Below, piece by piece: positions 8,817-16,994 of a stretch of DNA of 32,000 bases; position 1 is the first letter of the stretch, and each line of letters starts with the position of its first letter. The DNA lies in NCBI RefSeq assembly GCF_019464535.1, contig NZ_CP080507.1:1410001-1442000 (forward strand), read 5' to 3'. The notes under the pieces are model-generated. The model did no database searches and was not told the origin of the DNA. It saw only the letters and a list, made by a program, of their open reading frames with translations. This stretch comes from Horticoccus luteus. GTDB lineage: Bacteria; Verrucomicrobiota; Verrucomicrobiia; Opitutales; Opitutaceae. The translations under genes were made by a program, and so were the position numbers.

Positions 8817-9973
8817 ATCTGCACCGCGGGCGGGGCGGCGACGAGGTATTTGCGCATGAGCAGACGCCACGCGGTGACGAAAAACGCGGTGAAGGGAATG
8901 GCGAAGAGCATGCCGAGCACGCCGCCGAACACGGTGCCCCAAAAGAAGACGGAAAAAATGATCGCGACCGGATGAAGGCCGGTGCGGTCGCCCATGATTT
9001 TGGGGGTGAGCAGCCAGGATTCGATCATCTGGACGGCGCAAAAAACGGCGAGGACCCAGCAGACGAGAGACCAGCCGCCGGTGGGTTGAAACAACGCCAG
9101 CGGGAGCGCGATGCTCAGGCCAAGGATGGTGCCGAGGTAGGGCACGATGTTGAGGAGGCCGAGGGCGAGGCCGATCACGAGGCCGAACTTGAGGCCGGCG
9201 ATCGTGAAGCCCGTCGCGAGGAGCACGCCCATGATAAGACCAATGACGAGTTGCCCGCGGAAAAACGATTCGATGATCGAGACGAATTCGCGCACGAGGA
9301 AAACGATGTCGTCGCGCACAGACGTGTTGCGGACAAAACCGAGGTGGTGCGGGAGGCGGCGGGTGGGTGAGGAACGGGAGAGGAGAAAGAAGAAAAGATA
9401 CACGGGCACGACAGCGGCGTGAGTCAGGAAACCGAAGAAGCCAAGGGCACCGGCGCCAGCGATGCGCAAGGTGGGCAGCGTGTGGCTGAGGAGGGCCTGC
9501 GTCTGACCGGCCGCCTGTTCGACGACGCGTTTGATCGAGGGGTTGTCGAGTTTCTGCTGCACGAATTCCGACCACGCGGGGTAGTGCGCCTGAAAATAGA
9601 CGACCACGGAGTGCCAGAAGTGCGGCGCATACGCCACGAAGTCGATGATCTGCTGAATGACGGGCGGAATGATGAGGAGCAGCAGGCAGGCGACGACGAC
9701 CAGAAAGGCCGCATACAGGATGATGACGGCGACGAGCCGGCGTCGCACGTGGCGTTGGAGAGCGTCGACGAGGGGACGCAGGACGAGGGCGAGAATGCCG
9801 GCGAGCAGTGGCGGCCAGAGGGCGCCCGAGAAGAATTCGATCAGGCGACCGCCGACGAAGAGGATGAGCGCGAAAAGCGCGACGATCGCGAGGAACGAAA
9901 ACAGCCCCAGCGCGAACGCGGCGAGGCGGCGCTGGGAAGAGCTCAGCAGAGGCTCGGACGCGGGCACAGACAT
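8813..9973 (-). CDS. AI-2E family transporter (PerM/UPF0118 permease)
   Basis: Verified ATG at 9973 (MSVPASEPLL...). It is a multi-TM protein with GQLVIGLIMGVLLATGF..., NIVPYLGTILG and a GLHPVAIIFSVFFWGTVFGGVLGMLFAIPFTA tail, all typical of AI-2E/PerM permeases. Confidence 0.85.
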   Translation of the reverse strand: MSVPASEPLLSSSQRRLAAFALGLFSFLAIVALFALILFVGGRLIEFFSGALWPPLLAGILALVLRPLVDALQRHVRRRLVAVIILYAAFLVVVACLLLLIIPPVIQQIIDFVAYAPHFWHSVVVYFQAHYPAWSEFVQQKLDNPSIKRVVEQAAGQTQALLSHTLPTLRIAGAGALGFFGFLTHAAVVPVYLFFFLLSRSSPTRRLPHHLGFVRNTSVRDDIVFLVREFVSIIESFFRGQLVIGLIMGVLLATGFTIAGLKFGLVIGLALGLLNIVPYLGTILGLSIALPLALFQPTGGWSLVCWVLAVFCAVQMIESWLLTPKIMGDRTGLHPVAIIFSVFFWGTVFGGVLGMLFAIPFTAFFVTAWRLLMRKYLVAAPPAVQI

Positions 9974-10012
9974 GGCGGCAAGAAAGGCCGCGGAAGGGCG
10001 GACGTGGCAATC

Positions 10013-10041
10013 AAAAGCGGGCGCGCCGCGCGCCGGAAAAA
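10013..10041 (-). terminator. Putative intrinsic terminator downstream of the RND transporter gene
   Basis: The minus strand reads ...TTTTTCCGGCGCGCGGCGCGCCCGCTTTTGATT. A GC-only inverted repeat (GGCGCGC/GCGCGCC) is followed by a TTTT run. It lies about 25 nt after the TAA stop at 10065-10067. Confidence 0.4.
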
Positions 10042-10064
10042 TGTGACGGCCGCAGTCGAGGCGG

Positions 10065-12392
10065 TTAGCGGCGCGAAGACGGAGGGCGGACAAGCCAGCA
10101 GGCGAGCGCGGGGAGGAGCGTCATCGCGGCGAGCATGTTGACGAGAAACATGAACGCGAGGAGGAGGCCCATGTCGGCTTGAAATTTGAGGGCAGAGAAC
10201 AGCCACGTGCTGACGCCGATGGCGAGGGTGAGGCCGGTGAAAACGATGGCGCCGCCGGCCTCGCGAAATGCGGTGAAGAGCGCATCGGCGAAGCGCGCGC
10301 CGGTGCGCAGGGCGTTTTGCAGGCGGGCGAAAAGGTAGATGCCGTAATCGACGCCGATGCCGACGCCGAGCGCGACGACGGGAAGCGTGGAGGTCTTGAG
10401 GCCGATTTCGAGCTGGGCCATCAGGGCGTAAGCGAGCCAGCTCACGAGCGCGAGCGGCAGGACGATGCAGAGTGTCGCACGGAACGAACGAAACGTGAGG
10501 AGACAGAGCACGCTGACCGCGCCGAAGATCCAGAGGACGATGGGGCGCTGGGCGGCGCGGACGACGTCGTTGGTTGCGGCCATGACGCCGGCGTTGCCGG
10601 CGGCGAGGCGGAAGCGGGCTTTGGGCGAGGGGTGTGCGGCCGCGAAGGCATCGACCGCGGCGGTGACGGTGCGGAGGGTTTCGGCGCGATGATCGGTGAG
10701 AAAGAGCAGAACGGGGAGCACGCTGGCGTCGGCGTTGAGGAGGCCGGTGGAGGTTTCGACGGGCGCCACGGCCTGCGCGAGTGCATGGGGATTGCGCGGC
10801 AGCACGCGCCATTTGAGAGAGCCTTCGTTCCAGCCGGCGTTGATGACCTTGGCCACGGTGGCGAGGGAGAGGACGGACTGCACGCCCGGCACTTGGCGCA
10901 TGCGGCCGTCGAATTCGTCGATCAGAGTCATGACGTCGTGATCGACGCAGCCGTTGGGAACGGTTTCGACGAGCACGGAGAGGAGGTCGATGCCGATGCT
11001 GAAGCGCGCGGTGATGAGGCGGGAGTCGGTGTTGTAGCGGGAGTCAGCGCGAAGCTCGGGCACGCCGGCGTGCGCATCGCCGATGCGAACGGACTCGCTG
11101 CGGAGGAAGGCCCATGCGCCGACGCCGAGGGCCGCGGCGATAATGGCGAGCGAGGGCGCAGGCGTGAGGCCGCGGGCGAGGCGACGCCAGACGCGGTCGC
11201 CGAGGGCGCGCCGCCGAGCGAGCCAGAGGGCATAGCCGGCGGGCAGACGGAGAAACGAGAGGAGGATGGGAAGAAGCAGAAAATTGGTGAAGATGAGGAT
11301 GCTGACGCCGAGGCTCGCGGTGATGGCGAGTTCGCGAATGGTTTCGACCTTGATGACGAGCATCGTGATGAAACCGATGGTGTCGGTGGCGAGCGCCACA
11401 ATGCCGGGGACGACGAGTTGGCGGAAGGCGCGCTGCGCGGCGACAGGGGCGTCATGCCCGGCGAGCACCTCGTTGCGAAAGGTGCAGATCTTCTGCATGC
11501 CGTGGCTCACGCCGATGGCGAAGACGAGGAATGGCACGAGAATGGAGAACGGATCGATGCCGTAGCCGAGGGCCGTCACGGTGCCGAGCTGCCACAGGAC
11601 CGCGACGAGGGAGCAGACGATCGGCGCGGCGGCGAGCGTCCAGCGGCCGGCGTAGTGCCAAACGAGCAGCGCGGTGACGACGAGCGCGGCGACGAACAGG
11701 AGCACGACGTTGCGCGCGCCCTCGCGGACGTCGCCCACGACTTTGGCGAAACCGATGATGTGGGTGGTGATCGCGCCGTGCGTGCGCCGGGCGACGCGAG
11801 ACCGGATTTTTTCGAGAGCGGCGGCGACCTGGGCGTAGTCGAGTTTATGTCCGGTGCGGGGATCGATTTCGAACAGTTGCGCGATGACGACGGCGCCCGA
11901 GAAGTCGCGGGCGACGAGCTGGCCGAGTTTGCCGGACTTGATGAGGTTGGCGCGCACGCGGTCGAAGTTGGCGGGCGTGGGCGTGAAATCCGCGGCGATG
12001 ATATTGCCACCGGAGAAGCCGTCTTCGACCGCTTCGATGTAGCGGACGTTGGGGGTGAAGAGAGATTGGACTTGTGCGGGGTCGACGCCGGGAAGGGCTG
12101 CGGCTTCGTCGGTGACGGTTCTCAGTTCGCGGAAAAACTCCGGCGTGAAGATGTCGCCGTCTTTAGCGAGGAGGGCGATGAGGACGCGATTGGCGCCGCC
12201 GAACTCACTTTGATATTGGGTGAAGGTGCGGATGTAGGGGTGATCGAGCGGCAGGGTTTTGGTGAAACTGGCGTCGACGCGAAGATGCGCGGCGAACCAC
12301 GCCATGACGGCGGTCATCGCGAGGAATCCGATCAGGACCCAACGGCGGTGCTGAAAAAGCCAGGACGAGAAACGGTCGCTCAGCGCGTTCAT
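10065..12392 (-). CDS. RND superfamily transporter, MMPL/HpnN-like (sterol-sensing-domain type)
   Basis: ATG at 12392. The 775-aa protein has a duplicated 1+5 TM architecture and large periplasmic loops. Its N-terminus is MNALSDRFSSWLFQHRRWVLIGFLAMT..., and it carries the motif AIGVSHGMQ / GVGIGVDYGIYL. Its start overlaps the stop of the upstream propeller gene (ATGA at 12389-12392). Confidence 0.85.
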   Translation of the reverse strand: MNALSDRFSSWLFQHRRWVLIGFLAMTAVMAWFAAHLRVDASFTKTLPLDHPYIRTFTQYQSEFGGANRVLIALLAKDGDIFTPEFFRELRTVTDEAAALPGVDPAQVQSLFTPNVRYIEAVEDGFSGGNIIAADFTPTPANFDRVRANLIKSGKLGQLVARDFSGAVVIAQLFEIDPRTGHKLDYAQVAAALEKIRSRVARRTHGAITTHIIGFAKVVGDVREGARNVVLLFVAALVVTALLVWHYAGRWTLAAAPIVCSLVAVLWQLGTVTALGYGIDPFSILVPFLVFAIGVSHGMQKICTFRNEVLAGHDAPVAAQRAFRQLVVPGIVALATDTIGFITMLVIKVETIRELAITASLGVSILIFTNFLLLPILLSFLRLPAGYALWLARRRALGDRVWRRLARGLTPAPSLAIIAAALGVGAWAFLRSESVRIGDAHAGVPELRADSRYNTDSRLITARFSIGIDLLSVLVETVPNGCVDHDVMTLIDEFDGRMRQVPGVQSVLSLATVAKVINAGWNEGSLKWRVLPRNPHALAQAVAPVETSTGLLNADASVLPVLLFLTDHRAETLRTVTAAVDAFAAAHPSPKARFRLAAGNAGVMAATNDVVRAAQRPIVLWIFGAVSVLCLLTFRSFRATLCIVLPLALVSWLAYALMAQLEIGLKTSTLPVVALGVGIGVDYGIYLFARLQNALRTGARFADALFTAFREAGGAIVFTGLTLAIGVSTWLFSALKFQADMGLLLAFMFLVNMLAAMTLLPALACWLVRPPSSRR

Positions 12393-13360
12393 GGCAAACG
12401 GAGCGGCTGGGCGCCGCTTTCGCCGAAGGCGAGCAAGGTGCCATCGGGCGCAAGGAGGAGTTGCGCAACGGCCATCGTGGCGGGCGGCGAACAGGAGCTG
12501 ACGCTGCGGCCGTCATCACGACTGACGAGCCAGACGGGCGCCTGACCGGCGAGAAAGATGGCGCCGTCGGGCAGGCGCACGGCGGTGGCGAGGAGGGCCG
12601 AGGCGTTGGTGGGAATGCGCTGCCAGGTGTCGCCGTCGTCTGCGCTGCGGAAGAGGCGGCCGCTGAGTCCGTAGATCAGGAGGGTCGAGCCGCCGAGCGG
12701 GAGGACGCCGAAGAACGAGCCGTCGTAGGGAGAGCGGAGGCGTTGCCAGGAGGCGCCGGCATCGCGGGAGCGCAGCAATGTGCCGCGTTCGCCGGCGAGG
12801 TAGAGGGTGCCGGCGGGGCTGCGCGCGAGGCGGTTGAAATGATCGTCGTCGTCGATCAGGCGACGGACCGTCCAGTCGGGGACACCGGGGTGTTTCTCGA
12901 CAAACAATCCGTAGGCGCCGACGGCGAAAATGTGAGTGGCGTCGAGCACGCAGACGTCGAGGAACGACGACTCCACACTGGCGGTGCGGTAAACGACGCG
13001 CCATGAAACGCCGGCGTCGGTGGTGCCGAGGATCACGCCATCGTGGCCGACGGCCCAGCCATGCGTCTCATCTGGTGCGAACGCGATCGCGGTGAGGGTG
13101 GCGGAGGTGGGCGACGGGACGGATGTCCAGTGGCGTCCGGAATCGGGCGAGCGGTAGAGGAGGCCGCGTTCGCCGACTGCGAAGACCTGGCCGCGGGCGA
13201 TGGCGGCGGAGAGCAAAAGGTCGCGCGGTGGGGGCGCGTCGTTCGCGGCCCAACTCGAAACGGTGAGCAGGAGCAGCGGGAACCAGCGCGCGACGAGGCG
13301 CGCAAGGCCGCGACGGAAGAAGGTCGCGCGCGGGCGGGGAAGTGAACTGGCGGGGCCCAC
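12389..13360 (-). CDS. Ycf48-like / BNR-repeat beta-propeller protein (secreted)
   Basis: GTG start at 13360. After a signal-like N-terminus it repeats S-x-D-x-G-x-x-W units (SPDSGRHWTSV, TTDAGVSWRVV, SRDAGASWQRL, SADDGDTWQRI, SRDDGRS), typical of BNR/Ycf48 propellers. Confidence 0.75.
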   Translation of the reverse strand: MGPASSLPRPRATFFRRGLARLVARWFPLLLLTVSSWAANDAPPPRDLLLSAAIARGQVFAVGERGLLYRSPDSGRHWTSVPSPTSATLTAIAFAPDETHGWAVGHDGVILGTTDAGVSWRVVYRTASVESSFLDVCVLDATHIFAVGAYGLFVEKHPGVPDWTVRRLIDDDDHFNRLARSPAGTLYLAGERGTLLRSRDAGASWQRLRSPYDGSFFGVLPLGGSTLLIYGLSGRLFRSADDGDTWQRIPTNASALLATAVRLPDGAIFLAGQAPVWLVSRDDGRSVSSCSPPATMAVAQLLLAPDGTLLAFGESGAQPLRLP

Positions 13361-13374
13361 GCGGGAGAAGTCAG

Positions 13375-14727
13375 TCAGCGGACGCCTTCGCGGCGCAGCG
13401 CTTCGGGGCTGAAATCGGCGGGCGTCAGTTTCGCGGAAAAATTATACATCGGGCGTTCGTTATCGAGGCCGAGGGCGAGGTAACGGCGGGCGGCGAGATC
13501 GGTGTGCACTTCGAGCGTGCTCCAAAAAGAGAGCGCGTCGTAATAGTTGATGCAGTGCGCTTCGGACACGCGCCACATCTCGCCACGGGAGTTGTATTGG
13601 TCGACGACGAGAACCTGCCAGCTATCCTCATCGATGTAGAACGTGCGGTGGGGATAGAGGTGCGAGACACCGGGTTTGACCTTCGCGTCGACGACCCAGA
13701 CGCGGTGAAGTTCGTAGCGTGCGAGCTCCTGGTTGATGTGGAGGGGATGCAGGATGTCGGCATTCTTGAGCTGGCCGCTGTGGAGGCGGTAGGCGTTGTA
13801 GGGCACGATCATCTCACGCTTGCCGACGAGCGTCCAATCGTAGCGATCGGTGGCACCGTTGAACATATCGAATTGGTCGATGGTGCGCAGGCCGTCGGCG
13901 GCGGTGCCCGGGTTATCGTAAGCGATGTTGGGAGCGCGGCGGACGCGGCGCTGGCCGGTGTTGTAGATCCAGGCGCGACGGGGTTCTTTGACCTGATCCA
14001 TCGTCTCGTGGGCGAGGAGGATCGTGCCGGCAAGGCGGGCGGGGGCGGCGACGGTTTGCTTGAAATAAATGAGGGTGTTGGCGAGGCCGGCCGCGGTGGC
14101 GTCGGGGCGACAGTAGTTGAATAAAAACTCGTCGTCGAAATCGACGAGCGTGTAGGCGCCGCCGGGCGTAGGGGCAGCCTGGCTGATGTGGCGGATGACG
14201 GCGACGCCGCGATAACGCGTGAGATGATTCCAGATGACTTCGAGACCGTTGCGGGGAATCGGAAAGGGAATGCCGACGATGGCGCCGGTGAAGGCGTTGC
14301 CATTTTCGGTGAGGTTGGCGGTGGTGGCGTTGCGGCGGACGGCGTCGTAAATGCGGGGCGGATTGGAGGCGCTGCGATGAGTCGGGTAGACGATGAGTTT
14401 GTAATCAGGATAGGCGCGGAGCAACGCGAGGTGGCCGGCAGTGAGGCGGTCTTGATAGGAGGCGCAGTTGGCGGCGGTGATTGTATAGAGCGGGATGTCG
14501 CCGGCGTAGGGATCGGGATGATGATCGCCGACTTGGTAACCGGCGGGAGGCGTAGTGATGCCTCCGGTCCAGGCGGGGATGGAGCCATCCGCATTCCCGG
14601 CGCGTTCGGCGCCGAGGGGCGTGAGATCGGCGTCGAGGCGGGCGGCTTCGGTCGCGCTGACGGCGGCGAACGCGGCGGCTGAGGACCAAACGAAGCAGGC
14701 GGCGGCAAGATGAAGGGGTGAACTCAT
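13375..14727 (-). CDS. DUF1329 domain-containing protein (secreted)
   Basis: A verified ATG at 14727 gives MSSPLHLAAACFVWSSAAAFAAV (signal peptide). It continues LTPLGAERAGNADGSIPAWTGGIT..., which I recognise as the characteristic DUF1329 N-terminal block. The upstream part of track ORF 13375..15171 is Arg-rich run-on. Confidence 0.85.
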   Translation of the reverse strand: MSSPLHLAAACFVWSSAAAFAAVSATEAARLDADLTPLGAERAGNADGSIPAWTGGITTPPAGYQVGDHHPDPYAGDIPLYTITAANCASYQDRLTAGHLALLRAYPDYKLIVYPTHRSASNPPRIYDAVRRNATTANLTENGNAFTGAIVGIPFPIPRNGLEVIWNHLTRYRGVAVIRHISQAAPTPGGAYTLVDFDDEFLFNYCRPDATAAGLANTLIYFKQTVAAPARLAGTILLAHETMDQVKEPRRAWIYNTGQRRVRRAPNIAYDNPGTAADGLRTIDQFDMFNGATDRYDWTLVGKREMIVPYNAYRLHSGQLKNADILHPLHINQELARYELHRVWVVDAKVKPGVSHLYPHRTFYIDEDSWQVLVVDQYNSRGEMWRVSEAHCINYYDALSFWSTLEVHTDLAARRYLALGLDNERPMYNFSAKLTPADFSPEALRREGVR

Positions 14728-14750
14728 GGCGGACGGGGGGCGGCGGGGGG

Positions 14751-16739
14751 CTAGAAAGAATATTTTACGGTGGTGGCGACGTAGTCGCGGTCGCCGAGGA
14801 GGTTGGAGGCGCCGGCACCGAAAAAGTTGACGTAGCGAACTTCGAAGGCCCACGCGTTTTGCCGGAGGAGCTCGACGGCGAGATTGAGGCTCCTGCGGTG
14901 AGCGACAAAATTGGCGAGCGGGAGAGGGCTGTTGCCGGAGACATCGTGCACGAAGGCGATGGTGGGGCTGATGTTGAGGCCGGCGAAGACGTTGTTGTAG
15001 TCGAGGCGCGCGGCGAGTTGGTAGCCCCACGAAAAGGCGTTGGCGAAGCGATCGGCGGGGGTGGCGGGGATGGCACCGAAACCGGTGGCGGTCATCGCGG
15101 CGGCGCTGCCGCTGGTGTAGGTGCCGGGCGCCTCGTAGCGCAGGACGGAGGGATCGGGCAGATCGGCCCACAGGCCGCCGATCTCGCCGACGAGCGTGGC
15201 TTGTTGCGAGCCGAAGATCGGACCGAAGGCTTGAGTGAGGGTCGTCTGCGCGGTCCAGACGTCGTGGCGCCGGTAGCCGGAGAGTTCTTTATTATACTGA
15301 GCGGAATAATTGCCGACCTGGCTGTGGGCGCCGAAGACGGGATTGACCGCCGAGAGCGCGGCGAAGAAGAGCTCCACGTCGTCGATTTGGAGCGGCACGC
15401 CGTGTTTGTAGGAGACCTCGCCCTGCCAGGAAATGCCGGTGTCGCCAATGGCGCTGTTAAAACTGGCGCCGAGCATGACGATGCCTTCGGGATATTCGAG
15501 GAAGTAGCGGGCGGTGCCGGTGGCGGTGAGGAGGCCGATTTTGCCAGCGCTGGTCGCGATGGTCTGGGCGGACGGGTAGAAAGGTTGCAACGCGGCGGGC
15601 AGTGCGCTGGCGGGCGCGTTGGCGAAGGCGGCTCCGAGGAGGCTGGCGAGGGCGGCGGGCACGTCGGCGGCGGGATAACCGTGCGCGATCAAGGCCGGGG
15701 CGAGCTGGGCATTGGCGAGGGAGGCCGCGGTGGAGTGAACGAGCGCGGTATCGATCGGACCGGTGGGCGTGCGCGCGCTGAGCACGGGCGAGCGGCTATG
15801 ATAACGGGCGAAATAGAGTCCGAATTCGGAGTCGTTAAGGATGGACGAAAAGTAGCGGAGCGACGCGCCAAACTGGTTGTAATTGCCGGCGTCGCGATCA
15901 TGGCCGCGGGGAAGCGCGCCGAGCGTGCCGCTATCGGGGAGGGTGCCGAATCCGACATACGCTTTGTCGCCGCCGCGGCTGGCGACGTCGGTCGTCGAAA
16001 AGTAGGTGCCGGCGGGCTCGAGTTCGTTGCGGCGAAATTCGAGCAGCCAATACGGTTCGATGGTGAGGCGCGGGGTCAGCGCGACGGACGCCTTGAGCAG
16101 GTTGACGGGGAGAAACGCTTCCTTGAGACCGGCGCCGGGGACGCGCAGTTTCGAGAGGTCGACGGGATTGACGATATTGATGCCGTTGGGAATGAACGTG
16201 CTTTCGCCGAGGCTGAGCACTTGGCGACCGAAGCGCAGATCGACGGGCACGGTATCGCCGAGATCGAACTTGGCCACGGCGTAAAGATCGAGCAGGTCGG
16301 CGCCGCGGACGACGCGCTGCCTGGCTTGCTCGCTGAGAGGCGTGCGCCGGGTGTGGGCGGTGCGCGCATCAATGAAATAGTAGCCGCGGGCAAAGGCGCC
16401 GACGTTGCGCCATTTCAGTTCGAGTTCGTGGTCGCCCTTGAAAAGTTCCGACACGATGCCGGGGGCGTAGTTGAGATCGCCATCGTCGCCGTTGACGGAG
16501 TAGCCGGTGCCGGCGACGCCGCGAAATGAGTCGGCGGGGCCGTAGAGAGCAGGGTCGGGCGGCTGCAGCCGGTAGAGTGCGCCGACGGAGAACGAGCTAT
16601 CGAAGCTGCCGGCGAATTCGCCGCGGGCAAATTTCGCTGCGTGCGCGACAGGCGGAGAAACGATAAGCGCGAGAACAAGGGGAGCGATGGCGAAGCGCAC
16701 ACGGGCGAAGCTGGCGCAGGGAGACCGCGAATCGTTCAT
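14751..16739 (-). CDS. DUF1302 domain-containing protein (probable outer-membrane beta-barrel)
   Basis: ATG at 16739 (the alternative start at 16778 is also possible). Signal peptide FAIAPLVLALIVSPPVAHA. The sequence is rich in alternating aromatic/Gly beta-strand segments and ends in ...ATTVKYSF, an OMP-like terminal Phe. It has the usual position upstream of DUF1329. Confidence 0.8.
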   Translation of the reverse strand: MNDSRSPCASFARVRFAIAPLVLALIVSPPVAHAAKFARGEFAGSFDSSFSVGALYRLQPPDPALYGPADSFRGVAGTGYSVNGDDGDLNYAPGIVSELFKGDHELELKWRNVGAFARGYYFIDARTAHTRRTPLSEQARQRVVRGADLLDLYAVAKFDLGDTVPVDLRFGRQVLSLGESTFIPNGINIVNPVDLSKLRVPGAGLKEAFLPVNLLKASVALTPRLTIEPYWLLEFRRNELEPAGTYFSTTDVASRGGDKAYVGFGTLPDSGTLGALPRGHDRDAGNYNQFGASLRYFSSILNDSEFGLYFARYHSRSPVLSARTPTGPIDTALVHSTAASLANAQLAPALIAHGYPAADVPAALASLLGAAFANAPASALPAALQPFYPSAQTIATSAGKIGLLTATGTARYFLEYPEGIVMLGASFNSAIGDTGISWQGEVSYKHGVPLQIDDVELFFAALSAVNPVFGAHSQVGNYSAQYNKELSGYRRHDVWTAQTTLTQAFGPIFGSQQATLVGEIGGLWADLPDPSVLRYEAPGTYTSGSAAAMTATGFGAIPATPADRFANAFSWGYQLAARLDYNNVFAGLNISPTIAFVHDVSGNSPLPLANFVAHRRSLNLAVELLRQNAWAFEVRYVNFFGAGASNLLGDRDYVATTVKYSF

Positions 16740-16994
16740 CAAGAAAGGGAGGGAGTCAGTCCCGCGGGCGGGAGGCAAAGAAAAGCGGCGAAACGGGGGA
16801 GGGCGCGATGTTGCGCGAGGGCTTTTGCCAGCGGCAAGGCGGAACCGGACGTTGATGAACCTTGGGCGGCGGGCGCTCGGAGAGGCGGCGCAGAAGGCAG
16901 GGGCGGGCGGGAGGGGAAGGAGAGAACGAACGAGAACAAAACCGGATTAGCTCTTTGACGAGAGAGGGTTTTGCATAAGCTGCGGGCTTTATCG

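Noticed and set aside
10179-12545. Long antisense or alternative-frame ORFs. Examples: 10179..12545 (788 aa), 14718..16529 (603 aa), 30376..31959 (527 aa), 16989..18089, 19077..20198, 2171..3304, 7269..8435.
   Set aside because: Each lies opposite or out of frame to a gene with clear family motifs. Their translations are dominated by Gly/Ala/Arg/Glu/Pro, with no recognisable domains. This is a classic stop-codon-depleted shadow-ORF artefact of high-GC genomes.
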